Shown here in pieces: positions 62,041 through 64,000 of a stretch of 64,000 nt of DNA. The DNA is from Mobula hypostoma. Taxonomy: Eukaryota. Location of the stretch: positions 37,636,001-37,700,000 of the forward strand of contig NC_086108.1 in the NCBI RefSeq assembly GCF_963921235.1, in the 5' to 3' direction. Position numbers and translations under genes: made by a program. Position 1 is the first letter of the stretch. Each line of letters starts with the position of its first letter. Below the pieces are notes generated by a model. The model was not told the DNA's origin. It saw only the letters and a list, made by a program, of their open reading frames with translations, and did not search any database.

Positions 62041-64000
62041 AAACAAGACAGAATCTGCAGATGCTTGAAGTCCAAGCAACACGCACAAAGTGCTGGACAA
62101 ACTCAGCTGATCTGGTAATATCTATGGAAAAGAGTAAACAATCAACTTTTTGGGCTGAGACCCTTCATTCGAACTGGAAAAAAAGGATGAGCAGTCATTG
62201 CAAGAGATGGGAGGAGAGGTTGAAGAAATATGAGGTAATAGGTGATAGGTGAAGCCAGGAGGGGGCAAAGGTGAAGTAAAGAGCTGGGAAGTCAATTGAT
62301 GCAAGAAATAAAGGGCTGGAGAGGGGGGAATCTGATAGGAGAGGACAGAAGACCATGGAAGAAAGGGAAGGGAGAGGAGCAGCAGAGAGAAGTGATGGGC
62401 AGGTATGGAGATAAGGTGAGAGAGGGGAATGGGAATGGAAAATGATGGAGGGGGCATTACTGCAAGTTCGAAAAATCAATGTTCATGCCATCAGTTGGAG
62501 GCTACCCAGATACCCAGACGGAATATAAGGTGTTGCTCCTCTAGACTGAGTGTGGCCTCATCACGACAGTAGAGGAAGCCATGGACTGACATGTAGGAAT
62601 GGGAATGGGAAGTGGAATTAAAATGCGTGGGCTCTGGGAGATCCCACTTTTTCTGATGGACAGAGCGTAGGTGCTTGGTGAAGCGGTCTCCCAATCTATG
62701 TTGGGTCTCACTGATAAACAGGAGGCCACACCGGGAGCACCAGATACAATAGCTGACCCCAGCAGACTCACGGGTGAAGTGTTGCCTCAGCTGGAAGGAC
62801 TGTTTGGGCCCTGAATGGTAGTGAAGGAGAAGGTGTCAGGGCAGGTGTAGCACTTATTCCACTTGCAAGGACACATGCCAGGAGAGAGATCAGTGGGGTG
62901 GGACGAAAAGACAAGGGAATCATGTAGGAAGCAATCCCTGAGGAAAACAGGAAGTGGTGGGGGAGGGCAAGTTGTGCTTGGTGTGGGATCCGTTGGAGTT
63001 GGTGGAAGATAAGGAGAATTATGTGCTGGACACGAAGGCTAGTGGGGTGGTAGAAGGATGGGGTGAGGGCAGGCATGCGTGGAATGGGAGAGATGCAGTT
63101 GAGGGTAGCATTGATAATGGAAGAAGAGAAGCCCCTGCTCTGTCTTCTACCTCCTCTGGATATTTTCATTGCTAACTGCCAATAAGACATCAACTGTCTC
63201 CACTTCACCACTTTCTCTTCGATTCCACCCTCACTCTTCCCAACTGCTCTGCTCTCCACTCTCCCCGCACAAATCCTAACCTCACCATCAAACCCGCAGA
63301 TGAGGGGAGCGCTATAGTAGTCTGGTGGACCGACCTCTACTTTGCTGAGGCCAGGCGACAACTGCCGGCCACCTCTTCTTATTTACTCCTCAATGAGGGC
63401 CCCACTAAGGAGCACCAGGCCATTGTCTCCCACACCATCACCAACCTTATTAACTCTGGGGATCTCCCATCCACCGCCATCAATCTCACAGTTCTCTCAC
63501 TCTGTATCTCCCATTTTTACCTCCTACCCAAGATCCACAAACCTGCCTGTCCAGGTAGGCCCGTTGTTTCTGCTTATTCCTGCCCCACTGAACTTAGACC
63601 TGCATACCTCAGTTCAGTTTAATCCCTGCTGTCTCAGTCCCTTCCTACCTACATCCATGACACTTCACACACTCTTAATATTTTCAATGATTTCAAGTTC
63701 CCTGGCCCTGATCACCTTATTTTCACTACGGATGTCCAGTCACTATCCACCCCCCCCCCCCAACAAGAAGGCCTCAAAGCTCTCCATTTCTTTCTAGACA
63801 CCAGCCCCAAGCATCTCCCCTCCACCACTACTCTCTTCCATCTGATGGGACTGGCTCTCATGCTCAATAATCTCTCCTTCAGCTCCTCCCACTTCCTTCA
63901 AACAAAAGCTGTAGCCATGGGCACTCGCATGGGTCTCAGCTATGCCTGCCCGTGGAACAGTTTATGTTCTAAGCCTACACTGGTATCACTCCCTGACTTT
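62041..64000 (-). mobile_element. Degraded Penelope element with inverted RT part (copy 2)
   Basis: Duplicate of 53908-55867. Confidence 0.9.

Larger units (their letters stand above)
47888..64000 (+). repeat. Direct tandem duplication with 8133-bp period (unit 1 47888-56020; unit 2 56021 to the window end)
   Basis: Every ORF recurs at +8133 (e.g. 49537/57670, 55209/63342); identity begins at aaagatatcaaatagtac. Confidence 0.98.

Overview
Repeat-rich vertebrate genomic DNA. The CR1, Rex1/Babar, Penelope and V-SINE repertoire looks like a cartilaginous fish (inference). No host protein-coding gene can be confidently identified, so this is probably intronic or intergenic. Nearly all ORFs in the track come from transposable elements or are spurious. 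Best-supported items: (1) an apparently intact Tc1 transposon (26851-28454; 214-bp TIRs, TA TSD, 340-aa DD34E transposase); (2) a near-identical 8133-bp tandem duplication (47888-56020 / 56021->64000), each unit carrying a young 5'-truncated L1 with an uninterrupted RT-CCHC frame and a 15-bp TSD; (3) Penelope-like elements and short derivatives carrying minimal type I hammerhead ribozyme motifs, including a fold-back copy with a 16-bp TSD; (4) a CpG-rich solo LTR inserted in a dead hAT/Buster transposase; (5) a four-layer LINE nest, MITEs, and several non-repeat islands that look like conserved non-coding elements. I found no clearly novel multi-gene system. Boundaries of old, degraded elements are approximate.
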